From the NCBI GenBank assembly GCA_964548955.1, contig CAZJTP010000001.1, positions 74,285-134,298 of the forward strand: a stretch of DNA of 60,014 nt, written 5' to 3'. This DNA comes from an uncultured Phycisphaeraceae bacterium (GTDB lineage Bacteria; Planctomycetota; Phycisphaerae; UBA1845). A program made the position numbers and the translations under genes. Positions 1-9,283 of the stretch are shown here, in pieces. Each line of letters begins with the position of its first letter. Positions within the stretch are counted from its first letter, which is position 1. The notes under the pieces are model-generated. The model was not told the origin of the DNA, searched no databases, and worked only from the letters and a program-made list of their open reading frames with translations.

Positions 1-100
1 GCCGACAACGAAAACGACTCTCCCCATGCCATATCATAGCGTTCCCGTGCGGGACGACCAAGCGGGTACATCGGGTGTCCCACGGTTATCGGTCGGGGGG

Positions 101-125
101 CATGGCCCACACTTGCGTGGCTATG
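101..125. repeat. REP-like bulged palindrome (catggcccacacttgcgtggctatg)
   Basis: Near-identical copy at 42249..42272 (atggcccacgcttgcgtggccatg). Arms ATGGCC/GGCCAT and ACGC/GCGT can pair. Intergenic, downstream of purF. Confidence 0.6.
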
Positions 126-207
126 TCGGAGGAGGTGGATCTATGATTCACCGCACTCATACCCGCGTCTTGGGCTTGGGCATGGCACCCGTTCGGAAAG
201 CCGGTGC

Positions 208-1632
208 TTACGTGAACATCCGGAGTTGCACGCGCTCCATGGCGAACTTCTCGACCGGCTCGTCCACGTTGATGGGATAATCACCGGAGAAACAAGCGGT
301 GCAGTACTTGTCCTTGGCCATCTTGACGCAGGACAACATGCCCTCGTGCGACAGATAGTGCAGCGAATCGACGCCAAGGTAATCGCGAATCTGGGATACG
401 GAGCGTTTGTGGGCGACCAGTTCTTCCTGACTAGGGAAGTCGATCCCGAAATAGCAGGGGTGGCGAATCGGCGGGCTGGCCACACGCAGGTGAATCTCCT
501 TCGTACCGGCCGCCCGCAAGGCGCCGATCTTGCCGCGGGTCGTCGTGGCCCGGACCACCGAGTCCTCGACCACGATCAACCGTTTTCCTTTAACAGCCTC
601 TTTGATCACATTGAGCTTGATCTTGACGGCCATGTCACGTCCTGACTGCGTCGGCATGATGAAGGAACGTCCGGTATAATGGCTGGTGGTAAATGCCCGG
701 CCATAGGGTATCCCGCTCTGGTGGGCGTATCCGGTCGCGGCACATTGCGCACAGGTGGGGATCGGCACGACCAGATCGGCGTCCACGGGGGCTTCCGTCG
801 CCAGTTGCCGGCCCATCGCCACACGGACCATGTGAACATTCTCGCCGAACACCAGGCTCGAGGGGTCGGCGAAGTAAATGTGCTCAAAAATGCAGGCGGC
901 CCCGCGGCCGCTCGTGTCACCGCCAAAGAAACGGCTGCTCATACCTTCGTCGTTGATCGTGACGATTTCGCCGGGCTCGACGTCACGCACATAGTTCGCG
1001 TCGATCATATCGAGCGCCCTGGTCTCCGAGGCCACTACGGTTGCCCCACATTTGGTCGTCCCGAGGCAAAGTGGCCGGAAACCCAGCGGATCGCGAGCGG
1101 CCACCATCCGATCGGGAAACAGCAGTAGCATAGAGTAGGCGCCTTGAAGATGGTTGAGGACGTGGTTGAGCGGGTCACTCTTGCCCTGGTGTGTGGGCTT
1201 TGCGAGCAGGTGAATGATCACCTCCGTGTCACAAGTCGTCTGGAAAATGTGCCCGACCTGCTCGTAGTTCCGCCGCAGCAGGGCGGCGTTGATCAGGTTG
1301 CCGTTGTGGGCGACCGCAACCTGCCCACCCGCGAAGCTGAACATAAGCGGCTGTGAGTTGCTCTCGGTGCACGAACCGGTCGTCGAGTAACGTGTGTGCC
1401 CGATGGCAATGCGACCGCGAATCCGCTCCAGACTTTGCTCGTCGAAAACCCGGTTGACCAATCCCAGGCCGACGTGACGGAGCAGGAACTCTCCGTTTGT
1501 CGAGACGATCCCCGCGGATTCCTGACCCCGGTGCTGCAAGGCGTACAACCCGAGGTGGGTCAGGTAGACAGCGTCCTCATGCCCCCAGATGCCGAAAAGA
1601 CCGCAATTGTGTCGAATGGATGAATCGTGCAC
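208..1632 (-). CDS. purF: amidophosphoribosyltransferase (glutamine-PRPP amidotransferase), Fe-S type
   Basis: ORF 208..1770. Has the Ntn nucleophile block NCGLFGIWG after a short propeptide, HRGQESAGIV, the PRT-type block LIVVEDSVVRATT and a C-terminal Cys cluster CTACFSGDYP. There is no ATG near the catalytic Cys, so the in-frame GTG at 1632 (VHDSSIRHNC...) is the likely start. The longest ORF reaches 1770. Confidence 0.93.
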   Translation of the reverse strand: MHDSSIRHNCGLFGIWGHEDAVYLTHLGLYALQHRGQESAGIVSTNGEFLLRHVGLGLVNRVFDEQSLERIRGRIAIGHTRYSTTGSCTESNSQPLMFSFAGGQVAVAHNGNLINAALLRRNYEQVGHIFQTTCDTEVIIHLLAKPTHQGKSDPLNHVLNHLQGAYSMLLLFPDRMVAARDPLGFRPLCLGTTKCGATVVASETRALDMIDANYVRDVEPGEIVTINDEGMSSRFFGGDTSGRGAACIFEHIYFADPSSLVFGENVHMVRVAMGRQLATEAPVDADLVVPIPTCAQCAATGYAHQSGIPYGRAFTTSHYTGRSFIMPTQSGRDMAVKIKLNVIKEAVKGKRLIVVEDSVVRATTTRGKIGALRAAGTKEIHLRVASPPIRHPCYFGIDFPSQEELVAHKRSVSQIRDYLGVDSLHYLSHEGMLSCVKMAKDKYCTACFSGDYPINVDEPVEKFAMERVQLRMFT

Positions 1633-2190
1633 GGAAACAAACGTCGAAAAATCGAAACGCCGAATAATCAAAACACCAAGACTCGAAACGCCGCGGCATT
1701 CGGCTGTCGGCGCCTTGACGGTTCCTCGTTCTGACTCTTCGACGCTTTCGGGCTGAAAGTCGGCCGACAAGCAAGCCTATTCGCCGCGGGTCTGGCCGTC
1801 AACCACCAGGAACAAACCATCGGTTACAGGTGAGTGTCAAGTTAGCGGGTAGAGTCTTGAACCGATCCCGGAGCGCCAGCGACGAGTTGAAACCGAGGTT
1901 TGCGATCAAAACTCCGCAGGCCGAATTTCAACCTGTGGGACTGACCTTGAACCTGTTGGACCGGCTTTCCAGTCTGTCCGGGACAGGTTGAACCTGCCAA
2001 CGGTGAGGGTCCACAGGCGTTCCGTTTGACCGCTCGCACATCTCTATAATGGCACAGATCGAGCAGTAAGGCCTGGGAGGCACACCAGGCTGCTGCGGGC
2101 GCTTCCGCCTGACCCTCGACGATGCCTGGAAACGGGGGTGTCTTGGAGGCTGTCGTTTCGTATAATAACGCCAGGGGAGGTGTTTGAGGC

Positions 2191-2823
2191 GTGAGCAGAT
2201 TCTACCGGTGGGGGATCGCAATTCTGTTGGTGCTATCGGTTCACGTGATCCGCGTCGACGCAGCCGAGCTTCAGGTCCACGACCTCAGTATGTCGGCGGG
2301 CACGACCGCGGATCTTCTGGTATCGGGGGCCATTGCCGGTGAATCCACGTTCGGTGTCGAGGTCTTGCTCGAAATCATTCCACGGGCGGGCGTCCGCGGA
2401 ACGTTGTCATTCACACCGTCGCCGCCGCCGGACATTATTGCCCTCGAGGACCCCTGGCCCGATGAGGGGATGTTTTCCGCGTTTGATACAGACATCACTT
2501 TGTCAACCGCCTGGAATGGGTGCGTGAACACAAACGGATCACTTGAGGCCCAGGAGGTTAACTTCGCGGGGATGCTGGCTGGCTTCCCGGTAGTTGCCAG
2601 TGCTGATGCGTCTGGCGTATGGGACGTGGTCTTGGCCACGTCGGTTGGCAATAGCAGTTGGGAAGCAGTGCCCACAACACTCCTATCCGGGACGATTACG
2701 GTCACATCGAGCGACGATATTCCGACTGTCTCCGAATGGGGCTTGGTTGTCACGGCGCTGCTGCTTCTGGCGGGCGGAACGATCGTCATATCGCGACGAA
2801 TCGCCGATGCGCACATCGAGTAA
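2191..2823 (+). CDS. secreted protein with IPTL-CTERM-like (PEP-CTERM-related) C-terminal sorting signal
   Basis: GTG-start ORF with a signal peptide (WGIAILLVLSVHVIRVDAAEL). The C-terminus IPTVSEWGLVVTALLLLAGGTIVISRR is motif + TM helix + Arg cluster. Confidence 0.75.
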   Translation: MSRFYRWGIAILLVLSVHVIRVDAAELQVHDLSMSAGTTADLLVSGAIAGESTFGVEVLLEIIPRAGVRGTLSFTPSPPPDIIALEDPWPDEGMFSAFDTDITLSTAWNGCVNTNGSLEAQEVNFAGMLAGFPVVASADASGVWDVVLATSVGNSSWEAVPTTLLSGTITVTSSDDIPTVSEWGLVVTALLLLAGGTIVISRRIADAHIE

Positions 2824-2862
2824 CTCGCGCTCCTCGTCGCTGCGAGCGAATCCGGCTACGAT

Positions 2863-4782
2863 GTGTGCGTGCCAACGCCCGAGTCCACCGAAATAGCGGT
2901 GCGTAGCCAGTCGTGGCTGCGGCTGGTGATCCTTGCCGCCGCCGCGGCCAACATCGCGTCACTCCTGAGCGTACTTTACGTGGGTCGCATCCACCCGGTG
3001 CGTTACCACTTGGTGCTCCCTTCCGACGCGGGGATCACTACGGTGTTCGGTGCCGGTTCGATCATGGCTGCCGTCCTCCTGATAGTCGGCCTCTGGATCG
3101 TAACGCATCCTCGATCGAGACGAATCGACACCGGCAATCGAACGAACGTATCCGCTGAGGGCTGTCGGGCGTGGATTCCGGCTGCCGTCGCTCCTGTGTG
3201 GTGCGTCGTCTTCGTTCAGCATCCACGGGTCAATCTCTTAATCGTCTTCGGTGGAATCCTGTTGACCGCCTGGGCCGTCGCCCGTTTCGTTCGTGCAGTC
3301 CTTGGTGGCGTGGCGCCGAGCTTTGCTCAAGAGATACGGATCGAGAAAAGAGAGGAACGAGCTGCGCGCTGGTGGCGGGAAGGCTGGTTTATCTTCGTCG
3401 CGGTGTTGGCAATCGGATTCACCGTCTTTCATACGTATGTACAGATCAGACTGCACCGATCTCTTCAATACGGCAGTCCGGACATCGGGTACTACGCGGA
3501 GATTCTGACGAATGCCCTGCGCGGGCGAGGCCTGAGATGTGAGGCCTACGGGCATGATTTCTTCGGAGAGCATTTCAGCCCCGGCCTTTATCTGCTCGTT
3601 CCAGTGTGGGCATTCTGGCCGCACATCGAGACGTTGATGTTTCTGGGAGCGGGTGCCGTGTCCAGCGGCGCCTTGGCGATCTACGCGTTGATGCGTTCAC
3701 ACGTGGTCTCCGCACGCATCGCAGCCGTCGTGGCGGTTGCGTACCTGCTCTACCCCTCCAGCAGCCGGATCATCTACGGAGCCTCGTACGGATTCCACGA
3801 GATTCTCTTGGCAATACCGCTGATGCTGTGGAGCTTCTACCACTACCATCGGCAACAATGGTGGAGAATGGCGTTGTTCGCCGCCTTGGCCTTGTCGCTT
3901 AAGGAGAATGCAGCCGTCGTCTACGGTTGCTTCGGTCTGTATGTGTTCGCCCGCAATAGTCGGGACTGGTGGGGCTTGCTGCTGCTCACGGCGTGCGCCG
4001 CTTACCTGGTCCTGAGCGTGGGCTGGATTGTCCCTTCATTCCGCGTGGACGATGCCTACTCCAAGTATTACCTGTATGAAGGCCTGGGAGGAACGCCGGG
4101 CAACATACTTACATCGTTTGTGCGCGAGCCGTCGCGCGTGATAAACCGGCTGTGCTCATGGCAGGCGTTTAGCTATGCCCTGTCGCTTTGCGTGCCGGTC
4201 GGAATGATCCTGCTTAGAAAACCCGTCGTTCTCGTGGCTGTTCCGACGCTAGCATTTACCTGCCTGATGGACAATCCCGCCTTCGCGTCGATCCGGTTCT
4301 GGCATCAGAGTTCGGCGTTGCCGGTGCTGTGGCTCGCAACTGTTGAAGCCGTGGCAAGGCCGGGCCGCAACGGCATGAGGTCTCCACGGCTTGCAGCCGC
4401 CGTCCTCTGCTGCGCCGCGTTGACTCATTACGGGCTTGGCTTTTCTCCGATGTCCCGCACATGGCGTGATTTTTCATTGCAGACGGAAGATCGAAGCGTT
4501 CTGATTGACCGGCTGCATGAGATGATCCCTGAATCGGACAGTGTTCAAGCGACTCCTCGCCTGGCCTGTCATTTTTACAATCAACAGCACGTGTATCCAC
4601 TTCACGTTGAACCACCACAACCGCCCGGCTGGGTTGTAATCGACACGCAGGACACGTTTGTCAGCCCGGACGATCGCGCCACGCTCGAACGACTTCGCGA
4701 CGTACTTCTGTCAAACGATTCGTACGACCTTGTGCTTCACGACGGTTCGGTGCATGTGTTCAGACAACGCACCGGAGCGTAA
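2863..4782 (+). CDS. polytopic membrane protein, DUF2079-like
   Basis: 639-aa ORF with many hydrophobic helices. The block DIGYYAEILTNAL...GEHFSPGLYLLVPVWAFWP matches my recollection of the DUF2079 signature (HFSP). Confidence 0.7.
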   Translation: MCVPTPESTEIAVRSQSWLRLVILAAAAANIASLLSVLYVGRIHPVRYHLVLPSDAGITTVFGAGSIMAAVLLIVGLWIVTHPRSRRIDTGNRTNVSAEGCRAWIPAAVAPVWCVVFVQHPRVNLLIVFGGILLTAWAVARFVRAVLGGVAPSFAQEIRIEKREERAARWWREGWFIFVAVLAIGFTVFHTYVQIRLHRSLQYGSPDIGYYAEILTNALRGRGLRCEAYGHDFFGEHFSPGLYLLVPVWAFWPHIETLMFLGAGAVSSGALAIYALMRSHVVSARIAAVVAVAYLLYPSSSRIIYGASYGFHEILLAIPLMLWSFYHYHRQQWWRMALFAALALSLKENAAVVYGCFGLYVFARNSRDWWGLLLLTACAAYLVLSVGWIVPSFRVDDAYSKYYLYEGLGGTPGNILTSFVREPSRVINRLCSWQAFSYALSLCVPVGMILLRKPVVLVAVPTLAFTCLMDNPAFASIRFWHQSSALPVLWLATVEAVARPGRNGMRSPRLAAAVLCCAALTHYGLGFSPMSRTWRDFSLQTEDRSVLIDRLHEMIPESDSVQATPRLACHFYNQQHVYPLHVEPPQPPGWVVIDTQDTFVSPDDRATLERLRDVLLSNDSYDLVLHDGSVHVFRQRTGA

Positions 4783-4848
4783 ACGCCTCGTTCCTTTCGG
4801 AGAGTCAGAAAGATCAAGCCGTCAGCGTGAGGCCCATTGAAATGCACC

Positions 4849-5697
4849 CTACGTGTCACTCCGGCTCAGGATGACGATGCCGGCGGCGTCCGCGTCGGCG
4901 ATCATCTGCTTGCGGTCGACGATGAGCGTTTTACCCGCTTCGATGACCAGCATCCTCGCGCCGCCGTGCTTCATGTTGGCAATCGTCTCGGGGCCGACGG
5001 TGGGAACGTCGAAACGCATGTCCTGATCCGGTTTAGCCGCCTTCACGAGAGTCCAGCCGCCTTGCGGACAGAGCTTCCCCGCCCGTTCGATCATTCCGTC
5101 GGTACCCTCGATCGCCTCGACCGCGATGACCTCGGTTTCCTTTACCGCGATTGACTGGCCGATGTCGAGCCGGCCCATTTCCCTGGCGATGCGCCAGCCG
5201 AACTCGGCGTCCTTGCACTGTGCGCCCGCGGGTTGACGGTGCGTCAGAACGCCCTCCGGAGCCATGTGCTCACCGCAGTAGTGCACGCAGTCCTGCATGA
5301 TGATCCCGTTTTCGTCGAACTCGTCGGCTACCGCTGACAGTACGGTGTCATTACGCTTGTCCGGTATCGTAAAGAACCAGATTCTCAGCGCGGTCACATC
5401 CGGCAGTAGACGAAGCAGCCGCAGCCGCCCGTACATGCTTTTCTTCTCGACCGAGCCCGCGAGGATGACGCGCCGCGCACCGTGGCGCTTGAGGACGCGG
5501 ATCCATCGACCGATGCGGGCCAGACCCGCCCAACGAAACGTATCCGCCCGCTCGGCGAGCGCGGCATTCGCGAATCCGCGCAGCCCGACGACGGTCACAT
5601 GACACCCAACGCGCTTGGCGCCTTCAAGCACCATGAAGGGGAAGCGTCCCGCTCCCGCGATGATGCCGAGTCGAGTTGCCGTGGGCGCGGTCGTCAT
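4849..5697 (-). CDS. lpxI: UDP-2,3-diacylglucosamine pyrophosphatase LpxI (DUF1009 family)
   Basis: N-terminus LGIIAGAGRFP. Further blocks DIGQSIAVKETEVIAVEAIEGTDGMIERAG and LVKAAKPDQDMRFDVPTVGPETI. Lies 27 nt downstream of lpxD on the same strand. Confidence 0.85.
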   Translation of the reverse strand: MTTAPTATRLGIIAGAGRFPFMVLEGAKRVGCHVTVVGLRGFANAALAERADTFRWAGLARIGRWIRVLKRHGARRVILAGSVEKKSMYGRLRLLRLLPDVTALRIWFFTIPDKRNDTVLSAVADEFDENGIIMQDCVHYCGEHMAPEGVLTHRQPAGAQCKDAEFGWRIAREMGRLDIGQSIAVKETEVIAVEAIEGTDGMIERAGKLCPQGGWTLVKAAKPDQDMRFDVPTVGPETIANMKHGGARMLVIEAGKTLIVDRKQMIADADAAGIVILSRSDT

Positions 5698-5724
5698 TCA
5701 AACAGATGGTCCGCACGGCGGACG

Positions 5725-6804
5725 CTACTCTCTCCCGTCAACCTTTTCGCGCAGCTCCTTCACCTCGCGCTCGAGGTCCTTGATCCGCTTGATCCAATCC
5801 GGCAGCTTCCCGACCACATGAAACGACCGCTTGGCCTGGTCAATTGGAATCGCCGGTGAACCGAGCACGTCGGCGTTCGGCTCAACGTTGCCGGAAATAC
5901 CGGACTGCCCCCCAGCCCGGGCGTGATCGCCGATCGTAAGATGCCCGTTGACGCCGACCTGACCGGCCAGCGTGACGTGCCGACCTACCGTCACTGAGCC
6001 GGCCACGCCAACCTGACCGACAAACAGACAACCAGGCCCCACCTTTGTCCCGTGACCGATCACCACGACGTTACCGAATTTCGTACCTGTGCCGATCTCC
6101 GTCTGCCCGAGCGTGGCCCGATCGATCGCACAATTTGCGCCGATCTCGATATCATCCCCAATAACAACCCGTCCGACCTGCGGTATTTTGACCCATTGAT
6201 CCCCGTGAGGCGCGTAACCGAGCCCGTCTTCTCCGATGACGGTGCCGGCGTGGATCGTCACCCGATCGCCCAACACGCAATGATCATAGACCACGACGTT
6301 GGGGAATAAGACGCATTCATTCCCGATCCGGACGCCGTCGGCGACGTAGCAGCCGGGGTAGATCGTGCACTTCTCACCAATTGTGACGTTTGTCGCGATC
6401 GTTGTACCGGCGGCGATGTTCGCGTTGGCACCGATCGTTGCCGTCGAGTCAATCGTCGCCCGCTCGCTGATACCCCAGCGTGGGTGCTTGCGGTGGCCGT
6501 GAAGCTTGATGATCGCCACCGTAACGGCGGCGTACGGATCGGCGCACCGGATTGCGGACACACCGTCGGGCACTGCCACATCGTCTTTCACAATGACGGC
6601 CGAAGCTCCGGTAACGCCTAGTGCGCTTATGTACTTGGGATTGGAAAGGAAGCTGATCTCCCCGTCCGAGGCATCGTCAAGTGTGTTGACGGATTTTATG
6701 AGGCGATCCTGACCGTCCAGCCGGGCGGGAAATCCCGCGTCCGCAAGGACGTTGCAGAATTCAGTCAAACGAAGCTGGGGCACGCGCGCTTGTACCTCGC
6801 ACAT
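5725..6804 (-). CDS. lpxD: UDP-3-O-acylglucosamine N-acyltransferase
   Basis: N-terminal LpxD block LRLTEFCNVL...GEISFLSNPKY, followed by long left-handed beta-helix hexapeptide repeats (IGxxxxI/V). The ORF runs to 6861; Met at 6804 (MCEVQARVPQLRL) is the most plausible start. Confidence 0.9.
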   Translation of the reverse strand: MCEVQARVPQLRLTEFCNVLADAGFPARLDGQDRLIKSVNTLDDASDGEISFLSNPKYISALGVTGASAVIVKDDVAVPDGVSAIRCADPYAAVTVAIIKLHGHRKHPRWGISERATIDSTATIGANANIAAGTTIATNVTIGEKCTIYPGCYVADGVRIGNECVLFPNVVVYDHCVLGDRVTIHAGTVIGEDGLGYAPHGDQWVKIPQVGRVVIGDDIEIGANCAIDRATLGQTEIGTGTKFGNVVVIGHGTKVGPGCLFVGQVGVAGSVTVGRHVTLAGQVGVNGHLTIGDHARAGGQSGISGNVEPNADVLGSPAIPIDQAKRSFHVVGKLPDWIKRIKDLEREVKELREKVDGRE

Positions 6805-7207
6805 CGGAGAATCACCTGACCACCGGGGCGGCATTCTACGGACCTGCTTTTGACACTGCAAATCCAGCGACGGGCCGCAACATCAGACACCAAGCGATGT
6901 TCTCGTGCATCTTGTGGGATTCTCTGCGAAGCGTGGTACGCTGTTTGCCATCTCTCGGCAGAGGTGCAACTAGGCAGCCTCGAAGGTCGGGACGCGGCCC
7001 GGCCAACGAAGCGGTAACGCCGCTCTTCAGCAACCCTGCAATAAAAAATGCGCGTGTGGACAGGACGGTGACTTCGCCTGTAATCTGTGGGAAGGACTGG
7101 AACCCGGCAGGCATCTGTAAACCGATGAGTAACGTCGAGTCGGACCGATTCAACAAAGAGAGGCGTGGCTGCTTTGCGGGCATAAAATCGCGCCGCCAAC
7201 AACATCA

Positions 7208-8578
7208 ATGTCCTTGAAGGAGGATATCGTAGTGGACAACGAGAAAGTCATGAACCGGTGGCTCGTAGTTATCGGTGCCATCCTGATTCAGTTGTGCCTC
7301 GGGGCCATCTACGCCTGGAGCGTATTTACTACCACGCTCAAGGCCGGCACTGATGACGGTGGTTACGGCTTCACGGCCACGCAGACTCAGTGGATCTTCT
7401 CTGCGGGACTCGCGGTGTTCGCACTCGTCATGCTCTTTGCGGGGCGTTGGCAGGCCAAAGTTGGTCCCAGGACCGTCGCCGCCGTTGGCGGCGTTGTGCT
7501 TGGGGCGGGCTACATCCTCGGCGGTCTGTTGGGTAAGAGCTTCTGGCCACAGATGATCTGCATCGGGATCATCGGCGGGGCCGGTATCGGGCTCGCTTAC
7601 GTGGTGCCAATCGCCGTTGGTGTAAAGTGGTTCCCGGACAAAAAGGGGATGATCACGGGACTGGCTGTCGCGGGCTTCGGATTCGGTGCGACGATTTGGG
7701 TCAAGCTGGCCGGTAGCTGGTTCGGAGGGCTGCTCAATGTGACCAACGTCTTCGGCCTGCCCGGGGTGCAAAGTGTATTCTTCATCTATGGAGTCGTGTT
7801 CCTCGTGTTGGTGCTTTTGGGCAGCATCGTCATGGTTAATCCACCCGCCGGGTGGAAGCCGGCTGGGTGGAATCCCGACGCCGCGGTTGGAGGCATAAAG
7901 GCGACCGGTGCCCTGGACCTTACCGCCACACAGATGGCAGGCACGCCTCAGTACTGGGGCCTATTGCTCATGTTCATCGGATCGGCGATGGCGGGTCTTA
8001 TGGTGATCGGTGTCATACGTCTTTTCGGCGAAGACAGCCTCCAAGCCAACAACGTGGCCAGTGACGCAGCCACGGCGGGGGCCATCGCCGGAACGGCCAT
8101 GGCCTGGCTGGCTATACTCAATGGTCTCGGACGCATCGTCTGGGGCATTGCTTCCGACAAGATCGGCCGCAAGACCGCCCTGTTCTTGATGTGTCTGATT
8201 CAGGGCGTCATGATGTTGCTGTTCTTCAAGGTAGGCGGGACCAAGATGGGGCTGATTGTCGGCGCCAGCATCATCGGCTTCAACTTCGGCGGCAACTTCG
8301 CTTTGTTTCCTGCTGCAACCGCCGACTTCTTCGGCAACAAGAATGTTGGTTCGAACTATCCGTGGGTGTTCCTGGCCTACGGTATTGCCGGGATCGTCGG
8401 GCCGCAGATCGCGGGGCATTTCAAGGACACCGCCACCGGCGTCGATGCATGGAAGGTGCCCTTTATTGTAGCCGGCATCGCCTGCCTGGTCGCGGCTCTC
8501 TTGAGTCTGATGCTCAAAACGCCCAAGCCCAAAGCGATAGAACAAGCCACCGGACCTGAAACCGAGCCGGCCGCGTAA
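7208..8578 (+). CDS. MFS transporter, oxalate/formate antiporter (OFA) family
   Basis: 12-TM-type profile. N-terminus NRWLVVIGAILIQLCLGAIYAWSVF is typical of OFA-family MFS. GAAGGAGG at 7217-7224 followed by an in-frame GTG at 7232 suggests the true start may be 7232. Confidence 0.85.
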   Translation: MSLKEDIVVDNEKVMNRWLVVIGAILIQLCLGAIYAWSVFTTTLKAGTDDGGYGFTATQTQWIFSAGLAVFALVMLFAGRWQAKVGPRTVAAVGGVVLGAGYILGGLLGKSFWPQMICIGIIGGAGIGLAYVVPIAVGVKWFPDKKGMITGLAVAGFGFGATIWVKLAGSWFGGLLNVTNVFGLPGVQSVFFIYGVVFLVLVLLGSIVMVNPPAGWKPAGWNPDAAVGGIKATGALDLTATQMAGTPQYWGLLLMFIGSAMAGLMVIGVIRLFGEDSLQANNVASDAATAGAIAGTAMAWLAILNGLGRIVWGIASDKIGRKTALFLMCLIQGVMMLLFFKVGGTKMGLIVGASIIGFNFGGNFALFPAATADFFGNKNVGSNYPWVFLAYGIAGIVGPQIAGHFKDTATGVDAWKVPFIVAGIACLVAALLSLMLKTPKPKAIEQATGPETEPAA

Positions 8579-8640
8579 CACGGTGCCGCCGCAGTGGCGG
8601 TCCTGTAGGTAAGGTATCGCACATCTTGGTGTGCAATACA

Positions 8641-8683
8641 GCGCGGGCGGGTCGCCAGTATCACACCAGCCACCCGCCCGCGC
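8641..8683. terminator. GC-rich stem-loop between convergent genes (possible bidirectional terminator)
   Basis: Perfect 12-bp inverted repeat GCGCGGGCGGGT ... ACCCGCCCGCGC with a 19-nt loop, 60 nt after the MFS stop. No clear U-tract. Confidence 0.45.
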
Positions 8684-8735
8684 TTCCTGTGTTCAGCTTA
8701 CCGAATTCTCAATTCTCAGCGGATTTAATCGCCAC

Positions 8736-8825
8736 CTACGTGGCGGCTGTGAACGATGAGAAAAGGTCCGGGAAGAACAACAGCACGGCAGCCAAGCCAC
8801 CAATAATCCACCACCAAATACCCAT
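8736..8825 (-). CDS. 29-aa hydrophobic small protein (candidate sORF)
   Basis: Encodes MGIWWWIIGGLAAVLLFFPDLFSSFTAAT, preceded on the minus strand by GGAAGGAG 7 nt upstream of the ATG. It is the only protein-like part of the long ORF 8736..9257. Confidence 0.35.
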   Translation of the reverse strand: MGIWWWIIGGLAAVLLFFPDLFSSFTAAT

Positions 8826-9283
8826 GGTCAGACTCCTTCCTATCTGAAACATGAAACACAGCGCGCCACATCGCCCCGCGCCGGAACGACGCTCACGCTG
8901 CCGAAAGTATACCACGTCACAACGACGTGTCCACAATTTTCTTTTGGCGACTGTCCCAATTAAGGAACAGCCCGTAGCGGCAAACCTGCCCGTCCTGCGG
9001 CGTGGGACGGGCGGAACGGGAACGGTGGTGTGCGTGGGTGGACTCCCCACGTTTGGCCTGAAACCGGGCGCGAAGCGCAAACCGTGGTGTTTGCCGGCTC
9101 TACACGCCTTGCTTGGATCGTATACGAACCGCGTCGGAAGCAGCAGGAATCCGCGCACGCCATGCAGTCCGACGAGACCGGCAGCCCTGCCGCCCCCGTG
9201 ATCCGCATGGCGGTTGGCATCAAAGTTGCAGACGCATTCCGAACGCATACAGTGCAACAGACGCGGTATTGATAGGAATTAAC

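Noticed and set aside
9113-9283. 57-aa N-terminal extension of the porin ORF
   Set aside because: It is Arg-rich and non-hydrophobic. A canonical signal peptide begins at the Met at 9284.
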